NCBI GenBank assembly: GCA_002104905.1
Contig: MCFE01000172.1
Coordinates: 1-64,000, forward strand
Length of the DNA stretch: 64,000 nucleotides
Direction of reading: 5' to 3'
DNA from: Basidiobolus meristosporus CBS 931.73
Taxonomy: Eukaryota > Fungi > Basidiobolomycota
The notes below the pieces were generated by a model that was not told the origin of the DNA, searched no databases, and saw only the letters and a list, made by a program, of their open reading frames with translations. Positions 10,945 through 23,574 of the stretch are shown piece by piece. Each line of letters begins with the position of its first letter. The first letter of the stretch is position 1. The translations under genes and the position numbers were made by a program.

Positions 10945-11616
10945 TCAGTGACTATGAGCTTGAGATTCATACTGGTAGATCATATTAGCCCAAGAACAAA
11001 CTACAATGTTTGTGGTTATGTTCCTGGAGGGGTCAAGAGAATCCCTCACTAGATGATATTGGGGACCATTTAAGCTACTGGCTTGCATTGTTGTACATGC
11101 AGCATCGCAGACTTGTCTGGAGGATAGAATCTTTGGGCTACCATGAAGCCATGTAATCCTTTGCGGCTTAATAGAGTTTGGGCGGAAATTTATATCCGGT
11201 AGAATACCAGGCAATTCAAAACAGTCTCCTCTGTTACTGTAAAAGCTGAGGCTAAATGAAAACCTGCCTATTGTATCAAAAGGAATCTATGATGATGATG
11301 ATGACGATGACGATATGCTTGCAGTGATATAGGGCCAGTACAGGTATCAGGAATGTCTCCAGTAAAGGAGGCATAAAGCGATGACACAGCATCATTCAGA
11401 TTCATGGTTTACATTCTTTTACGGATGGACAAACTGAGAAATTATATTGGTTAATTATTTGGAAATGGATTATTATATCTAATGGTTCAATTGTTGGAGG
11501 TAAAATGGCAATGGTTGATTGACGATGCATTAGCGTGAACAATCAGGGCTATGCATGCTGGTGCTACAAAATCAGGTGATGGTAATGCAAATACAGGAAA
11601 TGTTGACCATAGAAGC

Positions 11617-14136
11617 TCACTGATCTACATGTATTTTGATTTGATCAGCTTCGACTATCCTTTGCTCGACTGTCTCATGAACCTCTTCGCCCTGTGGCTG
11701 ATACATTGGATGACCATGCTGGTCTATCATGATACATCTTAATGCGTCTCGGATGCTGAGGTGAAGGTACCGATGGGATTCTTCTGGACTATCGTCAGGA
11801 TGCTTGGTGATACCGGAAGGTTCAATACGTCGCAATACGTTTGACTTCAACCCAACGAAATGCAACTCAAAGCCTCGATTACCAGCGTAGTCGCTCAGTT
11901 GCGCTTTCAAATCTAGCAGCCACTGCAACCCCGCATAGTCCACATGGTTGACTCCGCTGAAATCCAGTATCACTGCTCGAAGGGTTGGGAATCCTTTATC
12001 AAAGAATTTTTTATCCGGCCCCTCTGGTAGGTTTGTCGAACGAGCGTTCACGCTGTGTACGGACTTGTCCCGATCATCATCCGGGTAAGGGAATGCGTTG
12101 GCAGGCAACCTCGGGGTGAAGAAGTTCCTTACCCGCCGAATGCGGGCATCTCGATCGTCTGACCAGTTTCTTTCGGACCATGAGGCGGCGATTTTCTCGG
12201 ATGGATCAGTTGCGAAATAGGTCGCGTTGAGCACCTTGTTCTTGAAATACTCTCCGTTCAGAAAGGTGATCGACTCGGAGAATCTGAATATAACCACTCC
12301 TGGTGGCGCGGGGTATGTGGCCCAATCACTGGACCATCTATCTACATAGATATCCGTGTCATCGACCGCTTGTCCTAGCATTTGCCATTTGGGTCGGGCA
12401 ATTCGATGGAGACTGACGATCAAGGAAAATCCTGCTGCTACACCAATGCCTGTTTGTATATTGGTGAATATGGTCACCAGGAAGGCTAACAGACAGGCAA
12501 GCGTGTCTGTCTCTAGAGATTCCGATTGCACAATCAGTACATGTATACAAGGCCAGTTCGCACGCAATTGCCTTTGCTCTGGAGAAACCACTTACTTTGG
12601 ATCCGCCATAACTCTCTGTATACCTTGTATCCACATATCAACGGAATGATATTGACGATAATCACGGATGCGAGCGTTGCCTTAGGGACGTAGTATAAAA
12701 CTGGTGGCAAGAAGTTGATGCTAAGCATGACAATGAGACTGGAAAGAATTCCGCTGGCTGGGGTCTTGACACCTGATTGGGATATCACAGCTGAGCGCGA
12801 CAAGGCTCCCGTCACCGGGTATGCGCTGAAGAAACTGTTTGCAATATTACAAACCCCCAAGGCCAACATCTCCTGACTACTATCAACCTTGTAATGGTTT
12901 AGGCGAGCTGAAATCACAACATGATGTAATCATTAGCACAGGTTCTTGTAACAACGGATTCAAGGGAAACGTCAACATCCAGTGGACGTACCGTAGGTTC
13001 TAGCACCAGATATGTGCTCCATGACTGCCACTAAAACAGCCACCGCAGCTGGAACAATGACCTCTGAGGCGAAACCACTGTCCAAGCGGGGGATCGCTGG
13101 ATTAGGAAAGCCCTTTGGGATGTTACCAACTACAGTGATCACCCCGCTACCCTGGGCCTTGAACACTATGAACGCAAGTAGGGTGTAGATGATGACCACA
13201 ATTGCAGTACGTCCAATCCCTATCATCTTGATTGCGGGGTGGACGTGGCTGAATCTGTTTGCAAGCCGCTTGAGAATCATCATCATGGCTATCCCACTGA
13301 ACCCAACCAGTGCGTCTTGCCACCGGGTTCTACCCAGAGCGCTGATGATTGCCCTGAGAACATCGATAAGTGGGCCTTGAGCCTTGACACCAGCCATTCC
13401 CAAGAGGGATGGAATCTGCAGGTATGGGAATGTTGTTAGGTAGATCCTACGGGATACTCGGCCTATGGAACACCTTCGAGCACCATTTGCCATCCACATT
13501 GAGCACTTACCTGGCTGAAGAAAATCGTTACTGCGGCGCCAGCTGTGAATCCTTTAGTGACCGGGATAGAGATGAGGTCAAGTATAATCCCGAGCTTCAA
13601 GATTCCCATGCCCAGAAGGATGCATCCCGAGAAAAAAGACATCGTGATGGCGCACTGAACCGGGTCTAATCCTTTGGCAACAAGCGAATCCAGTGTGATC
13701 CCGATGTAAAGAGAAAGCACTGCAGAGGGACCCATGGAAATATCTCGAGAGGTCCCGAAGAAGCAATACAAGGCCGTTCCAACAAAGCTAGAGTAGAGGC
13801 CATACTGAAGTGGAACCGTGGCGAGTTGTGCGTATGCCAAAGCCTAAAAACGCCCGGAAAACGTTGGTTAGCCCCTATGTAACGGAGAAGGTCTCATTCG
13901 CGTAGGGAAGGGAGTGTTTCTTTGGTGTGCGTGGTAACAAATCAAACTCATGCCAACGCCCATACCTGTGGAACAATCAAGATACCGATGGTTAGTCCAG
14001 CCACCACATCACCCATAAGCCATTTTTTGTTGTAATGCGGAGCCCAAGATGCGAACGGAAAGAGGCGTCGGGCAATATTTGCTGCATTGAATTCTCTAGC
14101 TTCAACAACCTCCTGTATGAATTCGGGGACTTTCAT
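11617..14136 (-). CDS. SulP/SLC26 sulfate transporter with STAS domain (multi-exon)
   Basis: GDVVAGLTIGILIVPQ, AYAQLATVPLQYGLYSSF, GTSRDISMGP, QEMLALGVCN..YPVTGALSRSAV, VILDFSGVNHVDYAG. Confidence 0.93.
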
Positions 14137-15839
14137 CCTTGACCGAGTTCTTTTTGGTTACGAAGGAGCGAATGTAAAGAGTGCCACTGAATGTAAGGGA
14201 GATCGTACTACTGCTGTCGTACTCCGGAAAGGGACTAAATGCCTCGATAAGAACGATCCAAGTCACACTTCACCAGCCGTCTCAACATCCAAATATATAT
14301 TCATTTGCACTTGTAAACATTCACCCGGAATTTACACAGAACCCAAGCCCCTGTAATTCAATTGTATTCCATCCCTTCTAACCTGCCACTTTAGGCCACA
14401 ATTGGTACTGCCCTACTCCATAATTATAGGCTCGAAAAAGCAGGCATAGTAACTTGATTCTTATTGTGTAAATATATGGCTTAATCACATGAACCCAGGG
14501 GATTAGATATGAAACACTGACTTCAACATCCAAAGCAAAGGCCTATATTACTCGACCAATGGAAGACGGGGCTGCGTTCACCATCCGTAGCACATTAGCT
14601 AACGGTCAGTTCCATCCACTCCTGATCTGCTCACAGTAGCACCAGATACGTGAGTAGGGATGCGGGACATTCGAAGAAAAGGCGTAAGGGAAACCCCACG
14701 GCCACCAGAAGCACGTAGGCCATTGGGAACAAGCTTGATGGCGAGAAGCCAAATAGAAGCGAAAGGGCAAGCATCTGTGAGATACCAGTCTACGGGTGAC
14801 AAGGCTGAGCCTACGTAGGTTTCTGGGCCATATTTGGGATTCGTCGGTAAACATCATCCCCTTCTATGCCTACACAAAGCGGAACAACATGGCTCGAATC
14901 AACCGGCAAATCTTGTTCTCGAGCAGAGAGCATATGGCTGTTTCAAAACTACTGCGCCTAGTTGGTAATGGGCTGATCGATCATTTGCCATGTTTCTTCG
15001 TACTAAGACGCTGGGCTGGTGCCTTGCAAATCAATAAAGAGTGAGGATTGGCATACCTACTATTGCTCAGATAGTTCTGGATGAGGATTCACCGAGTATC
15101 CAGAGGCCAAATTCAGCAGGATAAGAATGCTACGCTCATACAACGATTGCTACCCGGTTGTAATCAAGTTTGATATTCCATCAGCTCCTTGGTTTACCGC
15201 TTGGATGTCAAGGTATCTGCCCTTGTTAGGATCGGGGAATGACGCAATTCATTAAACAGCCTGATTCCCACTGATTATGGGTCTTTCGTCGAGTACCACA
15301 CCAGCAGATATGGTTTGCTCATGAGACTATCGATCGAAGATAAAGCCTATTACATGGCTCATTTGGACAAATCTAAGCCCAATCTGACATCTTGACGTCA
15401 CCCCATATCTTGTATGCATGTTGGTTATGTGCGCGCTACCTGCATGTTTCAATATGTGTTGGTTCTGAATCGATTTCTGCAAGGGCGGTACTCTGTAACA
15501 TTGGTACTTGGAAGTCGTACTCATGGATGTCTTCAACTGTGTATGGATTTGGTAGCCATATCACGCCCACGATCATATTCAAATAGGATATTTGGAACCG
15601 CATCTATTGACGTATTTGATGCCCCCCTCATCAATAGACTTCCTGGTTCAAACGAAACCACTTCACTATCGCTCCAATGAGTGCTGACCCCGCACGTCAA
15701 ATGAACAACGGCTTCGAATGACTATCCGAACACCTGCCCCACATTAAGCAATCTGGCACAAGCGAACTCGTAGCTTGAGAGAAATGGATTTCTAGACACT
15801 TTATTGATAAACGAAACCAGCTCCAACCAAGTGGAATGC

Positions 15840-16237
15840 TTAGTTTTTGCCGGATTGGGACTTGATAACCTTCTTCACAATCTTCTGTTCTTCAATAAGG
15901 AAGGCACGGACAATACGTTCACGGACACAGTGGCCACAGCGACTGCCACCATAGGCACGTTGCACAGTCTTTTGACGCTTGGAGATACGGGCGTACTCAC
16001 GGGGACGAAGGGCAGGGACCTATGTTGATGACCGTTAGAAACCTGGGGGTGACACGACATATTCTAAGGCCCACGTACACCAGCGAGGGCAGATCCGCAA
16101 TCACCGCAACGAGGAGCGCTGCCGGGCTTCTTCTCGTGCAAGTAGGTAAGCTTGCCACCGGGAGTCTTGACGATTCTCACACGGTTGGACTTTGTGTTGT
16201 AAGAAAGACGACGACGGTATGTGACACGTTGAGCCAT
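15840..16237 (-). CDS. RPL34: 60S ribosomal protein L34 (eL34), 2 exons
   Basis: [40 protein letters not shown]|[39 protein letters not shown]. Not shown in the ORF track; translated by hand. Confidence 0.95.
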
Positions 16238-16792
16238 TGTGACAGCTACTATTAGTTGGAAAGCATATTAGCTCATCGGGATTGCAAGGCGGATTGCTGG
16301 AGATTCGTCTGTGTGAATGGATGGATTCAACCAAGCAATAGATATATAGGTCGCAACAAACTTCTCGTGTGGGGAGATTAAGGCGACGTGTAAAACCTAA
16401 CACAACTGGCACTCCAACAATGCTGAAAACGCGAAACCCTTTACGTACCTGTTGAGTATTTCAACTGGATGTAGTCAAAAGGAAGAGCCTAACCGCATAC
16501 AAACTTCCCTTTTGTATTCACCTTGGACATCCCTTCGAATTCGAGCACTTCTCTCGCTGGTGATTGGCTGCTGGGGCCCCTTTTTCGAGATTCCCTTTTT
16601 TTTACTTTGATTCACTTGAACATTTCCCAATGCCGGCGCCCGTCAAGTGGCGTCAGCCAACAAACATCAGAGAATGGCTGAAGCCAATGACACGCAAATC
16701 CCATACAGATAAACAAAACATTGCCCGATTCAATCCGTACACTTGTTTCTTTGACAACCTCGTTCTACCTGCTCAACGTACTAATCACCACA

Positions 16793-17104
16793 ATGGATAA
16801 ACCAACACCACGCATAAACTCCTCCATGCTTGGGCAACACACCAACAAGACCGTTCGCATCGTCGGTAAAGTGATGCAGCTACAGGAGGGCAGTGCCTTG
16901 ATCGAATCCTCTGATCATGGCCAGATCAGCGTCAGCCTGAATCCCGGCACCACCTTCTCCACACCATATGTAGAGATCATCGGGATCGTTCAGCAGGATC
17001 TCTCCGTCCAGGAGCTTACGTCTTCCGGTTTCGGAGAAAACTTTGACCTAGACAACTACAATTCGCTTGTCGAGCTATCCAGAAAGTACACGGAAATCTT
17101 TTAG
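16793..17104 (+). CDS. RFA3: Replication protein A 14-kDa subunit
   Basis: MDKPTPRINSSML..TVRIVGKV..SDHGQI..YVEIIG..FGENFDL. Confidence 0.9.
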   Translation: MDKPTPRINSSMLGQHTNKTVRIVGKVMQLQEGSALIESSDHGQISVSLNPGTTFSTPYVEIIGIVQQDLSVQELTSSGFGENFDLDNYNSLVELSRKYTEIF

Positions 17105-17699
17105 AGTTTTCGCAGGAAACTATATATAAACCTATTGAACCCAACCTATGCATCTTGTTTTTTCTGGTTTACTGCTGCGCTGGAAGTGGTTGGTTTTCTT
17201 CAAGGCCACCACTTGCCAAGGTCCCTCGATGGCGTTGCAGTGGTTTTTGAACTCTAGGCTTCGCTGGTTTGTTTCTTACTTGTGTACTGTGCGAGGGTCT
17301 TTAACGCTTCTTTCATGAAAACATATGGTCATGGTAGCTACGGGTGTGAACAACGAGGTATTCACTATTGGAGCAGTGTTGCTTTATGAGCCTTCCATGA
17401 GCAGCCATACAGATACCTCTACAGAATACAGGCTCATTTAAGTGTTGGATTCCTTGGACTCGTATATTGAGAACAGATGCATATTTTTATTAATCTACAG
17501 TACAAAAGGTAAAATCAATGGACCAAGAGAAAGAACGCAAATCGAGGAGAGCAGGCGCCTAATTTACAAGCCAAGGCGACCTGAGCGTGAAGGAAATTCT
17601 GAGCCATATTATCTCTGCAACGCCTTTGGGGGAGAAGAGGCGGCCAAACATTGTACCTGTGATGCAGGACTGGGCTCGCGTATTAATCACCCAGCCAAT

Positions 17700-18996
17700 T
17701 TACCATTCGAAGTCACCACTGGCTTTTTGGAACAAATATTCCTTTCCGTTGATGAACATAATCCCATCTTTTAGCACGCATTTCCATTTGTTTTTCGTAC
17801 GGGTGACCTTATCATATTGACATAGTACGATGTGATCCACTTCTCTACCGTCTTCTCCGCACCCGTCTTCATCTGTGTCATCCAGATCGGAATTGATGGC
17901 GTCTTCGAGGTTGTAATCATGAGCGGCTTCATCTTGGGGATCGTCAGTCTCTCCTCCATCAACCTGAGGGATCTGTTGCGGGGATCTGGGCCAGATCTGG
18001 GAAATCAGAACTTCATCCACCTCCTTGGTCAAGGTAAGTCAGGGCGGATATATGGCTGGCAGTAGTATATATCACTTACCTGAGGATTCATGTATGGCGG
18101 GCCATCAGTTTGTGGAATATTTGCACCCAATCTTTGATCTGCGAAGGATGACAACTGGTTATGATTTGCTCTAGTCAAAGTAAGAATCGGCTAATTGCTC
18201 ACCACTTCCGGGAGGAAGTATGAAGGATTCACAGTAAGAGGTAACTGGTGTCTGGCCAAGCCAAGAGTCATTGGCAAGTTCAGCCTGCGGCGTCAAAGTT
18301 TCCATACTCAACGACTGCAACAATGCAGATATCCATGGGCAGATGCTACGATACCTGATAGGTTTGCGATGCACGTACGCTATTACCGAGTCCAAGGCCA
18401 TTGCTAGCCGACGCTAATGCCGCTGTATCGTAGGAGTATTGCTGGTACTGTTGTTCGTACGGATACTGCTATGAAGTGTCAACCCAAGTCATGTGTGGAG
18501 TAGGGCTGACCATGGCATACCTCCTGACCTTTATTGGATATAGGCGAACGCTGCTCGATGGATTCATCGGGGTTACTCGACCCATCAACATAGGCACTAG
18601 CATATCCCTGAGTCGCCGAAGCTTTGAGATTAGGAGCCCCAACATTGGCGATTTTGGTTTCCCATGACTATAGAACATATTTGTAATAGGTCACAAATAA
18701 CACAGGGTATTTTCCAACATACCCATTGTAGACTCTGGAGGATCGATTCATCAACGCCAACCTCCTCGAAGTCTCGCTGGACAGTGGTTATGACGTCGTC
18801 AATGATGTGTCTGTAGACACTGGCCTTGGATTATGGGAGAAAGATTAGCTTCGCCGGTTTGGTTTGAAATAGAACAGATGGCTACGAGGTTCACAAAGCC
18901 CATTGCCTTCACTTGGCGACTAAACTTCACGTAAATAAGACCACAAATAGTTGGCCTGTAGCGTAGCCAACTACGTACCACGATACTGCTTGACAT
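17700..18996 (-). CDS. TOA1: TFIIA large (alpha/beta) subunit, multi-exon
   Basis: N-terminal MSSSIV/..VYRHIIDDVI; C-terminal AINSDLDD..IVLCQYDKVTRTKNKWKCVLKDG..GKEYLFQKASGDFEW. Confidence 0.92.
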
Positions 18997-19051
18997 AGCA
19001 ATCTATGTTTAATATGCGCGCGACGGAATCCCTACTTATCCCAGCCTTCCG

Positions 19052-20060
19052 TTAAGAAACTATACTGTATCCAGGAAGATACCAAGCAACGAGGCAAATG
19101 AAGGAGCGTATCAACCAAACACGTTTTCGTAAATCTTCAGCTTGCGCCTGAACTGACCGGACTATTTTGATAACTTCCGCCGGCCAATATTCAGATACTA
19201 GATTTTCTGCTCCATAATCGAGAGCTTCTTGGTATTTGAGGGGATTGATGGTCCACTTCCTGATCTCCAGTTTGACTTGGAGAGATTTTGCGACGAACAT
19301 TAGTCCCATCAGGCCCCACTGAGACACTTCTCTCTTCATACGATCAGGTATTTAACCTCAACTAAGGATGCAGACAAGTTGAGACAGCTGATAAGAAACC
19401 TGATGATCAGAGTGAATCAGTGAACTTTGCATTCTGGGCAATTAGTTGATTTCAAATAGACGGGTTCGAGAGGCGTCGGGTTTGGTGGCGTTGTGCAATC
19501 TCTGGCTTTCGCCCTACATTGACTGATTGTCTACGGAGGCGGGGAATCAGCAGGAATCCCGGACATCCTGTTGATGATGTACGAATACGTCTTCACCCTT
19601 CAGCGCTCAGGATGAATAGCCAGTCGCAGTGCCATGACCATTCAGTATAGTTACCTGAAGCCAGCTTGATCAGTCATGGAATATCCTGGCTAATCTACAG
19701 ATAAGCAGAAGGGAATCCTCAGTGCATAATCAATTCTGAGCGCCACATACGGTGTCAGATGTATGGATAATCTCTTCATTTAATAGCCTCTAATTATTCA
19801 CTCATTCAACTTGGTGAAGTTCCCGTGATGAAGACCCTTGCGAGTTACTCGCTAGTGTGACTTCAAATAGCACATGGTGTGTTGGTCATCAGTAGTGTTC
19901 ACCAAGTATGGAATGCGACTGAAGAGCCTAATGCCTTTGCAGCACCTTGGTAAACATTTCCGACTCAGTCAACGGTTATTACGGACCCGTCGTCAGCCAC
20001 TTCAATGGAATGCGCAGCGATGATTTGTTCTGGTGACTTGGCCGTGAGATTATCAGCCTA
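19052..20060 (-). pseudogene. Unassigned decayed coding region
   Basis: Long protein-like minus-strand frames with scattered in-frame stops run into ORF 19052-19339; family not recognised. Confidence 0.25.
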
Positions 20061-20506
20061 CAGAAATTTGCAGGTGTTTTCATCCATCTCAAGTCGCACG
20101 CATCTCGAACTTGAGTGGATACCCGGCTACAGCTAACGCAGGCTCATGGTGGAGACTAAGATGAGGGGTTTTGGATTGAATGCGCCTTCTGTGGATTCCA
20201 CCAAACATAGGCTGGGCATAGATAATCTGTGGGGTTGGGAGACGCCCTTACTCTTCAATGATATCGATCCCATATCACGGATGACGGACAAGATTATCGT
20301 GCGGTCAGCATATCTTTGTCAAAACAAGTACCACCTTACTGTGGCTTCGTTGGATGGATATTCGTTTACGACGATGAAGCGAACCTTTAAATACCAAGAA
20401 CCATCCCACTTCCATCAATCAATCTGCTTAAACTTGCCAACCTTTCACCACGACCAACCAAGCAATCCAGCCTATTAGAGATCACCAAGCCAAGCACACT
20501 CTATGT

Positions 20507-21377
20507 ATGATTCCAGGTACGTAGCTTCCTCCACATCTGGCTGCCCCCAGCGACTCTAACATGTCTTTTGATCTAGGCCCTATTGAGTTTCACGAGGATG
20601 TCCTTGAGGCCATGACTGTCGGTGCGACCTCTCATGTTGATCCTGAATTTATCCATATTTTCGGAAAACCCATCGAGATGGTTCGCAAGGTGGTGCTTTC
20701 CAAGAATGCTCGGCCATTCATCGTTGCCGGATCAGGCACCCTTGGTTGGGATATGGTGGCCACCAACCTCGTCAAGTCCGGTGAAAACGCTCTGGTCATT
20801 AGTAATGGCTACTTTGGAGACAAATTCGGACTTTGCCTTCAAAACTACGGCGCAAACGACACCTTTCTTCATTCCAGCACGCCTGGAGATCACCCTAGCC
20901 TCGAAGCCATCGAGCGAGAGCTTCTCCTGAAGCAATACAAGCTGATCACCGTCACTCATGTCGATACCTCCACTGGGGTTTTGTCTGATATCGCTGGGAT
21001 CGGTCGCCTGGTCCACCAGAAATTCCCGGAAACCTTGGTGGTTGCAGACGGAGTCTGCTCCGTTGGGTGCGAGGAAATTAAGTTCAATGACTTTGGCTTG
21101 GATATCGTTCTGACTGGCTCCCAGAAGGCCCTGGGCGCCCGCCAGGTTGATCGATCGTTGTTGCTTCTCACCGGGCTATCCAAGCCTTCAAGTGTCGAAA
21201 GTCCCTGCTAGCTGTTATGCCGGCTGGAACCGGTGGATTCCGATCATGCAGGGTTATGAGTCTCGTAAACCAACCTACTTCACCACTCCAACTGTCGAGC
21301 TGGTGATGGCACTGAATGTTAGCTTGAAGCAACTGCTAGCTTATATATTGTCTACGGGACTCTATTCACTAACATAA
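20507..21377 (+). pseudogene. AGX1: Alanine-glyoxylate aminotransferase (class V PLP) pseudogene
   Basis: MIPG|PIEF split by an intron, AGSGTLGWD, THVDTSTG, DGVCSVG, GSQKALG. Then a frameshift plus TGA near 21140-21150, a second frameshift, and loss of the C-terminus. Confidence 0.8.
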
Positions 21378-21663
21378 ATACCCCAAGTCATAAACAAGCT
21401 ATCCCTCACGCGTATCTATCCCATTTATTTAATCCAGGTTTGTATCTAACCATAAAGATGGCATAAAATAATAGTTACAGTATAAGAATTATCACACTTG
21501 GATAGAAACGGAAACGAAATGACGGCCCGACACTAAGGGTTTGGTTGGCGTGAACGTTCCAACCACTATTATGTACAACAACACGGACTTCGACCTCAAG
21601 AGGCGTTCTTCAACGTAAATAAAAGGGGTGACACGCTTGTTGGGAGCGCAAAGTGGTGGTGGA

Positions 21664-22035
21664 CTATTCGTGACTCTCGGATTTTGGTGTGGCGCCTAGC
21701 GAGCCTTTAAATATAGGGAAGTTCAGGTATCTTCCCAATTGTTGCTTTTTGAGTTTGAGCTCTTCTGTGTCCTTAGCCAAGAGCTCTTTCTGTTGCTTCC
21801 GACTAAGTTCCGAGCCTGGAAGTTCATCTAACAACCGATTCAGATATGTAAGCTTCTCTTTAAGCTGACTCAACATATTTGCCGCCTCTTGAATGTCATC
21901 TCCTTTCTCGAGACAATCTATGGCGGGTGCAAGATAGGAGAGTAAGGTGAAGTCCTCGCGGGTGTAATTTGTAGGTGATGTATCTGTTGGTACAGAAACG
22001 GAGGGTGTACCCGGTGTAGAAGGATTAGTATTCAT
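21664..22035 (-). CDS. MED9: Mediator subunit 9-like
   Basis: EDFTLL..QLKEKL..LLDELPGSELSRKQQ..L..ELKLKKQQL resembles the Med9 helical pattern. Confidence 0.65.
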   Translation of the reverse strand: MNTNPSTPGTPSVSVPTDTSPTNYTREDFTLLSYLAPAIDCLEKGDDIQEAANMLSQLKEKLTYLNRLLDELPGSELSRKQQKELLAKDTEELKLKKQQLGRYLNFPIFKGSLGATPKSESHE

Positions 22036-22289
22036 GGTACGTGAACGTGGCAAAGCTTGAGGCTCTGGTGAAGTGTTTCGAACAAACGGTGTAATAATAT
22101 CGACAAAAAAATTCCATCACTTGATTCAATCAAAATATGATCAAAGGATGAATTACCATATGAAGTCCCGGAATCCACCTACCAATGACGCAAGCATGAC
22201 AACGAACACTTGAAATCAATATTTACGAAAGATGGGCAAGCTATTGACTTCGAGCGAGTTATTTCGTAGGGCCTTTCTATATCGACAAA

Positions 22290-23260
22290 ATGGCAGGCTT
22301 GAAACCCGGTGAGGCTAACTTGGGAGTAAGTGGATGAATTCTGGCGTTCACTTTTCACACTTCTAGATACTCTCTTTCTCAACTCGTCCTTTCTATATGA
22401 TCACAGACAACCATTATGGCTGTGGAATTCGACAAAGGGGTGATTATTGGCGCGGATTCACGTACGACAACTGGTGCATACATCGCGAATCGTGTCACGG
22501 ACAAGTTGACCTCAGTTCATGATCGCATATGGTGCTGTCGATCTGGAAGTGCGGCGGACACTCAAGCAGTAGCCGACATTGTACATTATTATCTGCAGAT
22601 GTATACGTAAGTTGAAGCAGCCCAGTAGTTTTGCAAGCAGGCGTCATCCTAATCGTACAATCTGGCTGCTTTAGGGCACAACATGGCGAAGCTCCCTCAA
22701 CCAAAGTCGCCGCCTCCCTTTTTCAAGAACTCTGCTACAGCAATAAGGATGCTTTAATGGCCGGAATCATTGTTGCTGGGTGGGACAAGCACACCGGTGG
22801 TTCGGTGTACAACATTCCTCTCGGAGGCTCACTTCATCGAGAACCATTCGCAATTGGAGGTACATTCGCATTTGCTGGCACTATGTTTACTGGAGCGCTA
22901 AATTGGATTATCTCCAGGTTCGGGATCTGCGTACATTTATGGCTACTGTGATTCTACTTTCAGGAAGGGAATGAGCCAAGCCGACTGCTTAGAATTTGTT
23001 CGAAACGGTAATGGGAGACTTACTTTTCACACATAATTCAATTTATTGAGCCCTTTCTTTTTCAGCGGTTTCTTTGGCCATGGCGAGAGATGGCTCGTCA
23101 GGTGGTGTGATCCGCATGGCTATCATCACGGAGGCTGGGGTGGAGCGCATCTTTGTTCCAGGAGATAAGCTTCCAGGTAGTTTACAGTTCATCGCATTCA
23201 AATATAGCTTCGAAGTGTTCTAACCCATGTGTTACCTGCCCAGTCCATTGGGAAGGGTAA
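22290..23260 (+). CDS. PRE3: 20S proteasome subunit beta1 (multi-exon)
   Basis: LG|[48 protein letters not shown]|[22 protein letters not shown]. Confidence 0.96.
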
Positions 23261-23574
23261 ACTGCATCTACTCTATGCACATACCTCAGTATTCACAGCA
23301 AAAATCAGTGTTCTATTGATGCCATCCCAACACACATGTGATTTTACCTCGTAGTATTCTTTAGAGATGCAGCCGTAGCCAGTAATTTCAATCTCCAATT
23401 TAATAAAATCGTTTGACCAACAGAATTTGTGGTGGGCGTGCACGCAAACACACTTGTTTAGGGGCAATAATGGATTATTTACTTTTTAATGAACAACCTC
23501 TATAATCACAGATGTATACCAGCGCACAGATATAGGTAGCTTCACGTTGATTTCGAGGATACATCTGGTTCTGG

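Noticed and set aside
10945-11214. ORF with W..C..C..HL pattern suggestive of a LINE C-terminal zinc finger
   Set aside because: Spacing is imperfect and there is no RT or endonuclease context.
14599-15680. Several short overlapping ORFs upstream of the sulfate transporter (one vaguely GST-like, YLTDACPFAS)
   Set aside because: No consistent frame, splice model or recognisable domain.
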